A stretch of DNA of 63,042 bases, counting the filler, from Octopus bimaculoides (taxonomy: Eukaryota), in the NCBI RefSeq assembly GCF_001194135.2. It is 3 parts of 3 records of this genome, joined end to end, with 100 filler letters (N's around TTAATTAATTAA, not from the genome) between each part and the next. Parts side by side here need not be neighbours in the genome. Positions count along the whole stretch, not along the records: positions 1 to 28,615 come from NC_068990.1; 2 more parts are not named here. The stretch is one strand, 5' to 3'. The position numbers and the translations under genes were made by a program. This document shows positions 12,146 to 24,260 of the stretch, piece after piece. The notes beneath the pieces were generated by a model. It was not told the DNA's origin and made no database searches. It saw only the letters and a program-made list of their open reading frames with translations. The number at the start of each line of letters is the position of its first letter. Positions within the stretch are counted from its first letter, which is position 1.

Positions 12146-13442
12146 CAGTAGCGAGCATAAAAAGAGAACGATTAATTTTTTTTTAATTTCGGAAAAGCTA
12201 GTGAACGTACAAATTCGCAATTGGTTTCGTAAATACCTTTAACTAAATTCAGTGAAAAATCTAAGTTTGTACAATGTTCTTGATAAAAGTTAACACTAAT
12301 GCTAGTTTCGTCCAAATGTCTCATGCGCAAAGTAAGAGAACGATCAAACTAAAAAATACTTCAATTAACTCAAAACCACAATAATGATTGAATAAAATGT
12401 AAATATGAACTTAATACACTTAGTATGATGTTTGTAAACCTTTGTTGGAGATCCTCTCTGCACATCGATTGCCACAGGACATAACAAGTTCCCAGTACAA
12501 GTCAGGTGTTACTTTCTTCCATTCCTCTTTTAATACCTCCCATAAATTCGTCGTAGTAGTTGGTGCTCTTTGTGTTACTTTGTCTCCAGGTATCTTCCAA
12601 AGGTTTTCAATTTGATTTAAGTCTGGACTTTGTGCTGGCCACTTCATTACTTGGATATTTTGTTCACTAAAGAATCCAGTGACACGCTTTGCGGTATGAC
12701 AAGGGGCGTTATCTTGCATGAAAATGTACAGTTGATTCGGAAATGCTCGTAATGACAGTATCACATGCTGTTTAACCAAATTCAAATAGATATTAGCATT
12801 AATAGTTACTTTAAGCTGCACTGGAAGGTAAACTCCTTCAGAGGAAATCATTCCCCACACCATGACGCTTCCTCCTCCAAACTTGGAAAATTCCTTCAGG
12901 TAACTGGATTTAAGCCGATCTCCGGTGAAGCGCCTAACATCTGAACCTACTAAATTGAATTTGCTTTCATTGCTAAAATGAACTTTTGACCAGTTTTCAT
13001 CCCTCCAGTTCACATGAGCTTCTAGAAATCAAAGTCTTTCCAATTTGTTCTTCTTGCTGATGGTAGGTTTCGTTGCCGGGGAATAAGTCGTTAATCCAAA
13101 TTCCTTCAGACGACGAGACACTGTAAAGCGGCTCACTTCCGTACCATTATTTACTTTTATTTTCTTAGAAATTCCAGCCGCAGTCTCGAAAGGATCCTTC
13201 AATACGTACCGTTTCATGGCTCGATCCTCTCGCATGGTGGTTTTGCGTAGTCTACCAGTTGCCTTTTTCGGTTGAAAACCTTTAGTTTCTTCATAGAGCT
13301 TAAGAACACGTACAAATTTTAATTTTACAGAGAATTTAGCAAATGGTTAACCGTGTTTACGAAACCAATTACGAATTTGTACGTTTACTAGTTTTTCCGA
13401 CATTTAAAAAAATATTAATCGTTCTTTTTTTGCTCGCTACTG
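12146..13442 (-). mobile_element. Tc1-family (DD34E) DNA transposon with both TIRs and TA target-site duplication
   Basis: TA|CAGTAGCGAGCA at 12146 and TGCTCGCTACTG|TA at 13442; about 130 bp of imperfect inverted repeat; transposase remnant inside. Confidence 0.92.
12420..13320 (-). pseudogene. Tc1 transposase remnant (HTH2 + DDE domain)
   Basis: ORFs 13029-13235 and 12420-13013 are in one frame, separated by a single TGA. Motifs FSNESKFNL (catalytic D changed to N), FMQDNAPCH and WPAQSPDLNQIENLW. The N-terminal part is missing next to the right TIR. Confidence 0.9.
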
Positions 13443-13448
13443 TATATA

Positions 13449-13584
13449 CTAGCAGAAGAGGCTCCCGGCGTTGCCCGGGAATGGAATTGTCCCTTATAGG
13501 AAGAAAAGAAGCAAAATATGTTGTATAGAAATTTGTTATTCTAAATTCAATTTATTCTTTAATTGGGAAATCAATTCTGAATCC

Positions 13585-13621
<37 letters not shown>

Positions 13622-16560
13622 TAATAAATGAAAATATAAAATTTGCCACTTTTATGAAGGGAGATAAATTCTATCACATCTGTTGAAGGAAATTACATAA
13701 CAGTTTCTTCGTTTTCTGGTTTGGAGCATAAACAAATAAGTCTTGCAAACTACCAGCCCTGGAGCAACCAGCATAAAGATGACCATGAAAAAGCAAGGCT
13801 CAATGAAGTACAAGCCAGTAAATTTCAATGTCTGACCTTGAACTTTATTAATAGGCATTGCGAAGCGAAGTTGAACCGGGAATTGTGTTCGTTTAAATTC
13901 AAATGGCATGTCTGTTGGTTTGATTGGAATTTTTGGAATGAAAACCTCTTCCCCAGAAGCACATCCAATAATGATGGTAGCTTCTATCACATTGTGGAGG
14001 AGTTCCAGGTGGCTCAAGAGAATTAAGGAACTCTATTGTGTAATAGACAGCTTGACTTTCATCAAGGACTGAATCAACTGATTTGTGTTCCCTAATGACT
14101 TGGAATCTTATTCATTAATTCATGGTTAATCCTTACTACTGTCTCATTTTTTGGCGCAAGAATTGCCCTTTCACACAACCATTTATATGAATTATAATTA
14201 TTACTTCAGTCTGGAAATACCCTGTTGTTCAATTCATCTGGAGAATTCACCATGATAGCAATATGAGGCAAATTGATATGGCCATTCCCATCAAATGGTA
14301 CTTTCCCATTTCCCAATTGGAGGAGCCAGGTTGAAAACTGTTCTGCACATTGGTCGGTCCCAATGTAATAAAGCTCGCACGTTAGTATTGAAGGATAATT
14401 TCTGTATTTTATTCCAGAGGTGTGAGGACTTAATGCATGCTTTTATTTCACCAGATCTTATTTGTCTCCGAATGACTGGTAAAGTCTGTCTGAAGTCTCC
14501 TGATAAAATTAATGTAACTCCTCCCATAGATTTATTGTTGCCTCTTATGTCCTGTAAGGTCTCATCAAGAGTTTCCATTGCATCTCTGTGTGACATGGTG
14601 CATTCATCTCAAATGATCATGTGGAATTGGCGCGACACTTCTGCTGAATCTGAAACTTTGCTTATGTTACAAATTGGACTGTCATTTGTGAACAAGTTTA
14701 GCGGTAATTTAAAAGCAGAATGAGCTGTTTATCCTCCTGGGAGAATGGTAGCAGCAATGCCAGATGATGCTACAACAACTGCAATTCTTTTTTGTTGTCT
14801 TATCTTGGAGAGAAGTCATGTTACAAATGGTTTACCTGTGCTATCAAGAGCATCAAGAAAGAAAATTCCTCCGCTTTTTTCTCTGACTGACGAAATAATT
14901 TTACCATATGTACAACCTTGTTCTGGAAGAAGTTTAGGTTCATGTTCATTCACAAATGCAGCCAAGTCTGTGATGTCATAATTTGTCTCCCTTGCTATGC
15001 CTATTGAAATTAAATCACTAATTTGGCGGTTTGTTTTTGGCAGTCCAGAGCCAGACTAGCAAATTTTTGCCTCCCATGGCCAAAACTTGACCCTCAATTC
15101 AATCAGTGCTTGGTTAAAAAGTGTTTCAGAGAACTGAATATTGATATCTGGGTTTGCCTGTTGAACTGCATACTTTAAGTCCTCAGCCATGTCCTCACGA
15201 TGTTTCATCCAAAGCTGTAGAGGACTGCCAAGTTGACACATGTTCAGTATTATTGCAAAAAGGTTACGGAGCTTCCTTGGAGAATCTGATACCGATGCTT
15301 TAGTCAATGCAAGGTCCAAATGCTCATCATTTTCTATAAAACCTTGTTGATAGCATGCTTCCCTATAAGTTTCACACACATGACCCTCGAATCTTGAAAC
15401 GATTTGGGACTACGTACTTCATACAAAAGGAACCGTAAGTAGTAGCATTCTGCTTGGCTTGAGTGGACACTGTAAACTCATGCAAAAGCGTCAGCCCCAC
15501 GTTTCCTCTTGTGTCATTTATTGTGTCTCCAGGTGTAATACTTGGGTAATTGTGGGTAAAGGAATTTCCTTGCACCTTCATCTACTTGACACAACTTAAA
15601 AAAAGGCAGTAAGGGTAGTTTCTTTTGCAGAAAGTGCTTGTTGCAAGGCTGTTTGTTTTGTAAAGATAGCCCTGTAACCATTCTCTAGATGGACACTCTG
15701 ATGAATGATGGCTGGGGGCCTGTCATGAATGAGAAAATTGAAGATGCATCAAAAAGCCTCATGGGTACTGATGTACTTTCCTCTAACATACTATGCAACT
15801 TCGTCATTTTTATTTATTTGTGACTGCCATTCTGCATAAGAGTGTATGTTTCAGCATCTAAACCTTTGTTTATATATTTGCAAACATACTTAATAGAGTT
15901 AATAGTGTTGCAGAAGTCAACATTGACTCTGGTAACCTGTACTCGTCTTTGCTTCACTGTAGAATACTGATTATCTACATCTTTCCCGTCTCCTCTTGTA
16001 GAGAGTGAGAATATTTCTCTCGGAAACTTTTTTGAAAATTAAAACAGGGATTAAATGAAAAAACGGGTTACTTGAATACCTTCACAAGAACGATTGAAAT
16101 AAATGGCGAATGTGGAAAGCCCCACGCACGAACACCCCACCCCCAAACACAAAGTATCATACATCAGATGAAATGGACGTGTGTGAAAGAGAGAGAGAGA
16201 GAGAGAGAGGGGGATATCTAGGTGACACTCTCTCTCTCTCATACACACATGCACGCACCCATACACACATGCACGCACCCATACATACAAAAAAGATGTA
16301 TGCACATGTATTTATGTATGTACGTATAAATGTATATAAACGTACATACAAAAACACATGTGTGTATGTGACTGACTAAAAATACAGAGAGCTGAACACG
16401 GCGTGCAAAAAGTAAATAAATAAAAAATTTTTACGGAAATTAATAAAGTGCGTGGGTTCAAGCGAAAGAATGCCTATATTTTTTTGCAAAATTCTAATGT
16501 GATATTTGTGTAATAACGAAATCAAACGTGAAGTGTGTGTGTGCGCGAGAGAGCGAGAGC

Positions 16561-16607
<47 letters not shown>

Positions 16608-17010
16608 AGAGAGAGAGAGAGAGAGAGAACTTTGCAAACAATGAATGAAATGAAAAGATCGTAAAAGTACGTTAAAAGCTATCTTGTACCGAATATTTAA
16701 ATTTGTTAACTTAGTAAATATTTCTTTCAGTAATTTATCGGAACTGTTTGCAGATAGCAAATCAAAACTTGAAATGTAAACATTAAAATAGAGAATAAGG
16801 GATTTCGCAAATGAAAACGGAGGATTTCGCCGTTGCTACGCCAATACCGGAAGTTGACAATGAGAAACCTTTTTAAATCATATATATAAAGCAATATTAT
16901 TTATTTTTACTAAAAATATAAACTGAAGAGCCTATTATGTATCCGAGGTAAATTATTCATGCATACCAAGTAATAGAAGCAATCCACACAGGTATATTTT
17001 ATTATATATA
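13449..17010 (-). mobile_element. Degenerate Helitron (Rep-linker + PIF1 helicase) with canonical 3' end
   Basis: Frameshifted helicase motifs STGKPF, ASSGIAAT, LSGDFRQTLPV, RTQFPVQLRFAMPINKVQGQT, and linker VNVDFCNTINSIKYVCKYINKG. 3' hairpin TCCCGG-cgttgc-CCGGGA lies about 10 nt from CTAG (13449-13452), followed by T on the minus strand. The 5' end near 17010 is a guess. Confidence 0.88.
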
Positions 17011-17036
17011 TATCTTCGACTCCACTTCCCCCTACT

Positions 17037-17430
17037 ACAATGAGACACTGGCATCAAGTGGGTTTGAGGACCGCATCTCTTATATGCCTGGCCCTAGCAC
17101 CCAGAAAAGGAAGCGCCGCAGAAATGTCATTTGGTTTGCTCCACCCTTCTCACTCAACGTCAAGACTTGTACGGGAAAGATTGTCCTTAGGTTGATAGAC
17201 AAACATTTCACACATACATAGATACAAGCATTTATTTAACAGACACAACCTAAGAGTCTCCTTTAGTCGTGCACCTAACATAAAAAAATCATTTTAGCAA
17301 GTACCCACAATGCAAGGGAGGAGGCAGGTTGCTCTTTTAGGGCATACAATAACTGTCCAGTAGGAGGCCGATGCGAGGCTGAAGAGGTCGTACATGAATC
17401 TATGGTGATACCTAGACCTGATATCCGCAA
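17037..17430 (+). mobile_element. Penelope-like element fragment (RT to GIY-YIG linker)
   Basis: Translates YNETLASSGF...KRKRRRNVIWFAPPFSLNVKTCTGKIVLRLIDKHF...CPVGGRC, the characteristic PLE linker. Confidence 0.8.
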
Positions 17431-17445
17431 TAACGGTAATGTACC

Positions 17446-17505
<60 letters not shown>

Positions 17506-17518
17506 GTCTGTCTGTCTA
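17446..17518. repeat. (TCTA)n/(TCTG)n microsatellite
   Basis: Direct tetranucleotide run between the two PLE fragments. Confidence 0.95.
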
Positions 17519-17694
17519 GGTCGTCCCAAACAGCAATATTATTAGCAGATTAACCAGTTCTCGCACCAATACAATTGCCACGCCCAGAGATAATAACCAG
17601 TCCGAGACCAGCATCACAGATATCGTCACCGAAGAACCCGGTACGACCGCCATGGATACTGAACAAACCATAGATACAGATAGAGTGACCAGGC

Positions 17695-18310
17695 TTGCAT
17701 TGTATATTACCACCAGTATATTACCACCGCATTAATAATAATAAGATGAAACAACAGTTCAATAACCCTCCTACTAGAACTAGCAAGCATATACATCATA
17801 ATACCAAGAAACGAAATGTAAACCGCAAGGAAAAATACCTGATACGGCCACACTGTGATAGTAGCAATGATAGTGATATAGCTAAAACGGTAACAACGTC
17901 GGAAAATGAAGTCAGAACTGACTTAAATACTACTAAATATAATAAATGTTCATGCAGGGAAAAGTCAAGATGCCCATCGATGAACCTCTGTATGAGTACA
18001 AATATTGTATATAAATGTACCGTGCACACAAGAGGAGGGCCGTATATTTACATTGGTGAAGCGGCTGATTCATTCAAGAATCGTTATCGCAACCATGTCG
18101 CCAGCTTCAAGAAAATCAATAAGAGACGTTCAACATCTTTGGTCGATTTTGTGTGGTGACTTAAGGAAGATAAAATAAAGTATAACATAACTTGGTCCAT
18201 AGTAAAGCACGCAAAACGATATCATAACATTTCCAGGAGATGCTTCGAGGAATCTTTGTCTATTCTGTGGACCAATGAGAAAATCATAGGATTTCTGAAA
18301 GACTCTCAAG
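17695..18310 (+). mobile_element. Penelope-like element GIY-YIG endonuclease fragment
   Basis: CSCREKSRCP...NIVYKCTV...YIYIGEAADSFKNRYRNHVASF...STSLVDFVW*LKEDKIKYNITWSIV. Confidence 0.85.
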
Positions 18311-18469
18311 ACGCTTACTTTCGCACAATGCAGTGGGAATGAATTTGAGTAACAGTTAACCTAGTTAATAATTATAATTCACTTTAAGGTATGGATGAAT
18401 TTAATTTTGCTCCAACCTCCTCATTCTTATAAACAACAAGTAGCTATTTAATTCGCTATGTGAACATAT

Positions 18470-19270
18470 GTGCGCCAAATCACACATGTACGTATGCTTA
18501 CATCTTCGTGGATGCCAGCGATCTAAGGTACACAGGCATCCAATGGCACTTTTGAACATTCAGATGCTCATTTTCAGCATGTCCATATAGACTTGGTCGG
18601 TCCTTGGCTCGTTTGTCGTGGTTTCAGCTATATTCTTACGTGCACCGACCGTTTTTCGCTTGGCCTGAGGCTGTTCCACTATGCGTTATCTCTGCAGAGT
18701 CGGTAGCCCAAGCTCTGGTCTCAAGTTGGATATCGCGGTTTGGAGTCCAATTAAGGATTACAACTGACCGTAGGAGACAATTCGAGCCACGACTCTTTCA
18801 AGAACTTTCACAGATTTTAGGTGTGAAACATATCCGCACAACCAGTTATCATCCTGCATCTAATGGTATGGTGGAAAGGTTCCACCGACAATTAAAGGCT
18901 ACGTTGCGTGCTTACCCGGATCTTCATCGTTGGAGTGAGTAGCTACGTGTTATTCTTTTGGGTTGTCGCTCTTCGATGAAAGAGGATTTGGGATACTCAC
19001 CAGTTGAGCTACTTTTTGGTGTCCCGTGGTCTCTTTCTGGCCAGACTACTACTTTCAGCATGTCGGGTGTGTAGAAAAAGATGAAGACTGTTTTACCATC
19101 ATAAATAAAATTTATTAGAAAGGATGGTACAACCACAGCTTTTACATGATGTAAGAAATCAAATATCCACGTGTCTTGGGTCTCTTTGAATGACCAGTAA
19201 GAGCTACTTAGTCGCTTGAGAAGATTGTATAAGTAGCAGAAATGTGTGTGCAGTAGAAAGCATATTCGGT
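18470..19270 (+). mobile_element. Ty3/Gypsy integrase fragment
   Basis: CQRSKVHRH followed by WPEAVPL...[20 protein letters not shown]...[20 protein letters not shown] (rve core, decayed). Confidence 0.9.
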
Positions 19271-19299
19271 TCACAGCTAGCACTTACTGTAATGAATTC

Positions 19300-22200
19300 G
19301 TAGCAGGCATCATTGTGGCAACGACTTAGGCAGACGTAAACTTAGACAGAAATCAACTTAGGCAGACGTCGTTAGAATGACGATAACCGCATGTGGTCCG
19401 TGACCTCTAGGCAGAAGATGGATTGTGCTCCTTGGTGTACCAAAATGACAAAAAAGAGAGACTGATGGCGCCAAAAATGGAATATATAGGTGTCGGCTCT
19501 CACGCCACCTGGTGGCTTATCTCATCAAAGGGACGTAATTCAGCTATCTTCGCTATGCTACAGATTTATCAGTGTCCTTCAGCTGTTGAATCAATTGCAG
19601 CTTATATGGTGTGAACTGCAGCCGTCTCCTTAAGATAACAAAGCAAAATACAAAGCGGATCGGCCGTCAACAGGAACACAAAGGCCCGCGTACTCGAATG
19701 ATGAACCAGATTCGAGTCGAAAAATCAGCTACTGGTTCAAATCTTCCTGAAACACAGGAGCTGGAAGTACTCCACAACCGGAATGTTCCAACAGATGGTC
19801 ATCAGTGCTCGTCATCAAATAACCAAAAGAAAAAAGAATGAAAAATGGTGTAGGGGAGATAATAAAGAGGTTCTTAAGCTCCTTCTATCATGCCATATAT
19901 TTTCCCACAAATAAATCTAATACTATACAAACCTACTTAAACTGGAGACAGAAACACCTTGAAGTAAGACCCTTCACAGACAGTGACAAACTTGCCAACG
20001 TCAGAAGAAACATTATGAAAAAGAAATTACTAACCGAAATAGAGATTGACCAAATTAAACAATCATTAAGGGATAAAAGGAACGAAGCTGCAGCTAAAGA
20101 AGATACTACAGAGGAAATAATTATAGATCAAGACATGTCTGATGAAAATGCAATAATGATTGAAAAAGCTAATGTAACTGAAAAGTAAAGTGAAATACTC
20201 TCTGAACCAACCACAAACACTAAAATCAAATAGATGAAGAAAGTCACACAGAAATTGACCCAACAGAACTACATGATCTAAAAAATCAAATCACGATTGA
20301 ATGGCTGAAAATTAAAGCAACCAGTATGAATGAACGCGACACTCTCAAAACATCCGCAATTCAAACCAAAACCTGAAAATAATTGATAAAATCCGCCTTG
20401 CACTTAAGGATATAATTTCAGCTAATGACATTGACATTACAGATCTCAACCACCTGTACTATGCATCCGCGAAAATCTCAACGATTCTATTTTGTGAAAA
20501 GATTAGAAAACGACAACATTTCCACAAAAAAACCTACTTGGCAAGCGCGTATTCAGCACCATAGAATGTTTAAAAAACCTTAAGTTGGACAAGACTATCA
20601 AACCAACAAAAATCCTAAAATTAAAGAAAAAATATAATATGTAAACCATATTTGACATCGATACCACCATAGAAACTATCAAGCAAAAGGTGTGTGCTAA
20701 AGCTGCCTGCAGAGCAAGGTATGAAAAGCGTGTTAGATTCTTCAAGGACAACAACATGTTCAAAAATAACCCAAAAGAGTTTTACAGAAAGACAGGGAAA
20801 ATACCAGTTACAGTAAAGTGTGTCCCATCAAAAGAGGTGTGGGAATTTTGGAGTAAAATTTGAGCAGAAGAAAAAACACACAATGAAAAGGCCTCTTAGA
20901 TTGATAGAATATCTACAGACTTAGACTCCTTACAAGAGCAAAAATGGGAGGGTGTCAAGGTAGAAGATATAAGATCTGCTCTCAGGGAAGTCAAGCAAAT
21001 TGAAGTCTCCAGGAAAGGATAAAATTCATAACTTCTGGTTGAATGCCTTCCCAGACAGTCATGAGCTGCTAACAAAACTTTACAACAATGTTTTGCAACA
21101 ACCTAGTATGATTCCCTCTTGGCTAGTTAATGGTTTAACATTCCTACTTCCAAAAAATGAAGAAACAAATTAACCAAAAAATTATAGACTCATAACCTGC
21201 ATAACAACAATGTATAAAATGCCAACATCTGTCTTGACTGAATATAACTATAGTTTTTTTTAAAAATAGAAAGTGGCATATTCCCTAATGAGCAAAAAGG
21301 ATGTAAACGTAGGTACTGTTGTTGTGAAGATCAGCTACTCATCAATAAGATGATCTTGGAAGATTGTCACAAACGACACAAAAACTCGTTGATAGACTAT
21401 AAAAATGCCTTAGATGGTCTACCACATAGCTGGATTAAGAAATGCCTGGAAATATATAAAACAGCACCTACTTTTTGTTTGTAAGTATGAGATCATGGAG
21501 AACCACACTGACTTTGAACAGTGACAATGAATCTCTTAATGCTGGAGATGTAAGAATTTCATGTGGAATTTTCCATAGTGACTCTATCACCACTCTTCTT
21601 TTCTCTAACCTTAATACCTCTCTCGAAATTGCTCTATTATGTACAATGCAGCAATGAAATGTTTGATAAAAATATAAATCATTTCATTTACATGGTTGAT
21701 TTAAAGCTCTTTGCAAAAAATGACTAACAACTACAGGGCTTACTAGCGATTGTTAAACAATTCAGTGATGGCATCAGGATGCAATTTGGCTTCGATAAAT
21801 GTGCAAAAGCTACCTTTATCAAAGGAAAAATGACAGAAACATCAAATGTTAATCTTGACCAGCAGAATGTCATAAAGGCATTAGAACCAGCGGAGGGCTA
21901 CAAATACCTAGAGGTATTTGAAGGGTGCGGAATCAAACATTCAGTGATGAGGGAAAGGATCAGAAGAGAATGGTATCGCAGGGTAAGGGCAATACTCAAA
22001 CAGAGCTAAATGCAAGAAACAGGATCGAAGCGATCAATACTTTAGCCATACTAGTCGTGACTTACAGTTTCAGTATCATCAACTGGTCAATTACTGAAAT
22101 ATGTAATCTTGACAGAAAAATACGAAAATTGTTGACAATGCATAGAATGCACCGCCATAAGGCAGATAGATATACAACGACTTTACCTGCCAAGAAAAGA

Positions 22201-23250
22201 GGATGGCTGTGGACTTTTACAACTGGATTTAACAATGAAGATTGCCACAATTGGCCTAGACACCTACCAGAAAAACTCTGAGGACTGGATGTTAAAACTT
22301 GTCTCAAAGCATGAAAACAAGAAAGCATCATACTCAGTAACAAAACAGGTAAAGGAATATCTAAGTGAATTCCAAATACAACAAATTCCAGAATTGGACG
22401 TACTAAAAACAAGCACAGAAAAAGCTAAGCGTATGAAGACCCGTGCTAAAACTGTTGCCTTAGATATTCTGACTGATAAATGGCAAGAAAAACTTCTCAA
22501 TGGCAAATACCCAAAGGGAGCTAATAGTGCCGTTGTTGACAAAGCCTTTACCCATCAATGGTTAGTGTCTTCTGGTTTAAAATCAGAAACAGAAGGGTTT
22601 ATCATAGCAGCCCAAGATCAATGCCTACCTACAAAAAAGTACCAGACCAACATATTAAAGAACGGCAGTGGCCCAATATGCCGTGTATGTCAGCAACAAA
22701 ATGAGACCATTGATTATATTGTCTCCATATACAGTCTTCTTGCACCTACAGAGTATTTCAGCAGGCATGATAGAGCAGCACAAAATATTCACTGGGTAAT
22801 TTTCTAAAACCTGGACCTGCCTCATGATAAAAGCTGGTGGGAACACAAACCACCTCCAGTGCTTGAAAATGATCACATCTCACTCCTTTGGAACTTCACA
22901 ATTAAACTGTAAGAAAGATAGATGCGAATAGGCCAGACATTATATTGAAAAACTTCAGACAAAATCCATGCCTCCTCATTGATATGACTTTCTCAATCGA
23001 CATAAATTTATCTGTCAAGACTAACCAAAATCTGAGCAAATATAAAGATCTTGAAATAGAAATTGACAAAATGTGGAACCTCAAGACTAAAACAATACCT
23101 GTTGTCATAGGTGGCCCTAGGAATGATAGCAAAATGGGCTGATTCCTACCTAGCTCAGATACCCCCAAATGGCAGAAATTCAAAATATAGTGCACATGGA
23201 AACTGCCCATATCCTACGTAAAATACTGTCTATGTTATCTCAAATTTTAA
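19300..23250 (+). mobile_element. Near full-length, decayed non-LTR retrotransposon of R4/Dong type (RT + zinc knuckle + restriction-like endonuclease)
   Basis: SPGKDKIHNFW, EQKGC...[82 protein letters not shown]...CLLID...KYKDL. Many stops and frameshifts; 5' boundary approximate. Confidence 0.9.
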
Positions 23251-23339
23251 AACAAACTCATAATTTTCTTATGTTTTCTTAAACATTCTCTAGGACAATA
23301 CTATGTACAAAACCCTAGGCATAACACCAACATAGAGTT

Positions 23340-23600
23340 AAAGATCGGCGAATAGGAAAACACCGACGTTGAACAACTGAGAAATTTATAGTTACTCTAT
23401 CCAGATTGCAACTTCAGGTTTATGGCTGTAATTATTGGGGCACTGGGATATATAACAAACTACCCAAGCACCAATCTTGAAAAATTGAGCTTCTCAAAAC
23501 CAGAAAGGAGAAAACTAATTAGATTTAAGTCATCAATGAAACTGTCAAAATTTGTAAACGTTTCCAGAAGTTTAGTATTTAAGTATATTTGCATATGTCT
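23340..23600 (+). mobile_element. Probable 3' endonuclease-tail fragment of a second RLE-type LINE
   Basis: MAVIIGALGYITNYPSTNLEKL resembles the PVIIGALG motif at the C-terminus of RLE domains. Confidence 0.45.
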
Positions 23601-23814
23601 CGACATGCAACTACATGCAGGGAAATACACACATAAAACAAAACATAACAAAACATGCAAGTCTGCATACGAGTACTGACTCCAAATATTGCACACATAC
23701 ACAAAAACATGCACAAAATATCCTGTTGATGTTGAAATTCCAATGAAGGAGCCTTGGATCTAGGTTAGAAACCGGTTCTTTCTCTATTGGCAAGAAATCT
23801 TGAAATAAAACTGA

Positions 23815-23973
23815 GTAGTAATATACATACATATATGCATGCATACATATGTACATACATACATATATAATACATACATAAACGCATGCACATTTACATA
23901 CGAACACATATTCCACGCGCATACAGACTCACAGAGACAGTACGATAGAGAAACAGAGGGAAACAGAGAGAGC

Positions 23974-24009
<36 letters not shown>

Positions 24010-24260
24010 AGGAGGGAGAAAGAGAAATGGAGGGAGAGAAAGAGAGAGAGAGAAAGAGGGGGGAGAGAGAAAGAGAGCGATAGTGAGAAAGCGAGAAAGA
24101 GAAGGAGAGAGAGAGAGAAAAAGGATGGATGAGTGGGTGTGTGTTTGTGTGTATGTGTGTGTGGGTGTGTGAGAGAGAGAAAGGGAGAGTGTGTGTGAAA
24201 AGGAGAGAGAAAGAGAGAGGTGGGAGTGTGTGTGGGAGTGTGTGTGTGTGTGTGTACACG
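23815..24260. repeat. Compound (TACA)n/(GA)n/(GT)n low-complexity tract
   Basis: Direct inspection; source of the ERER/LSLS ORFs. Confidence 0.9.
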
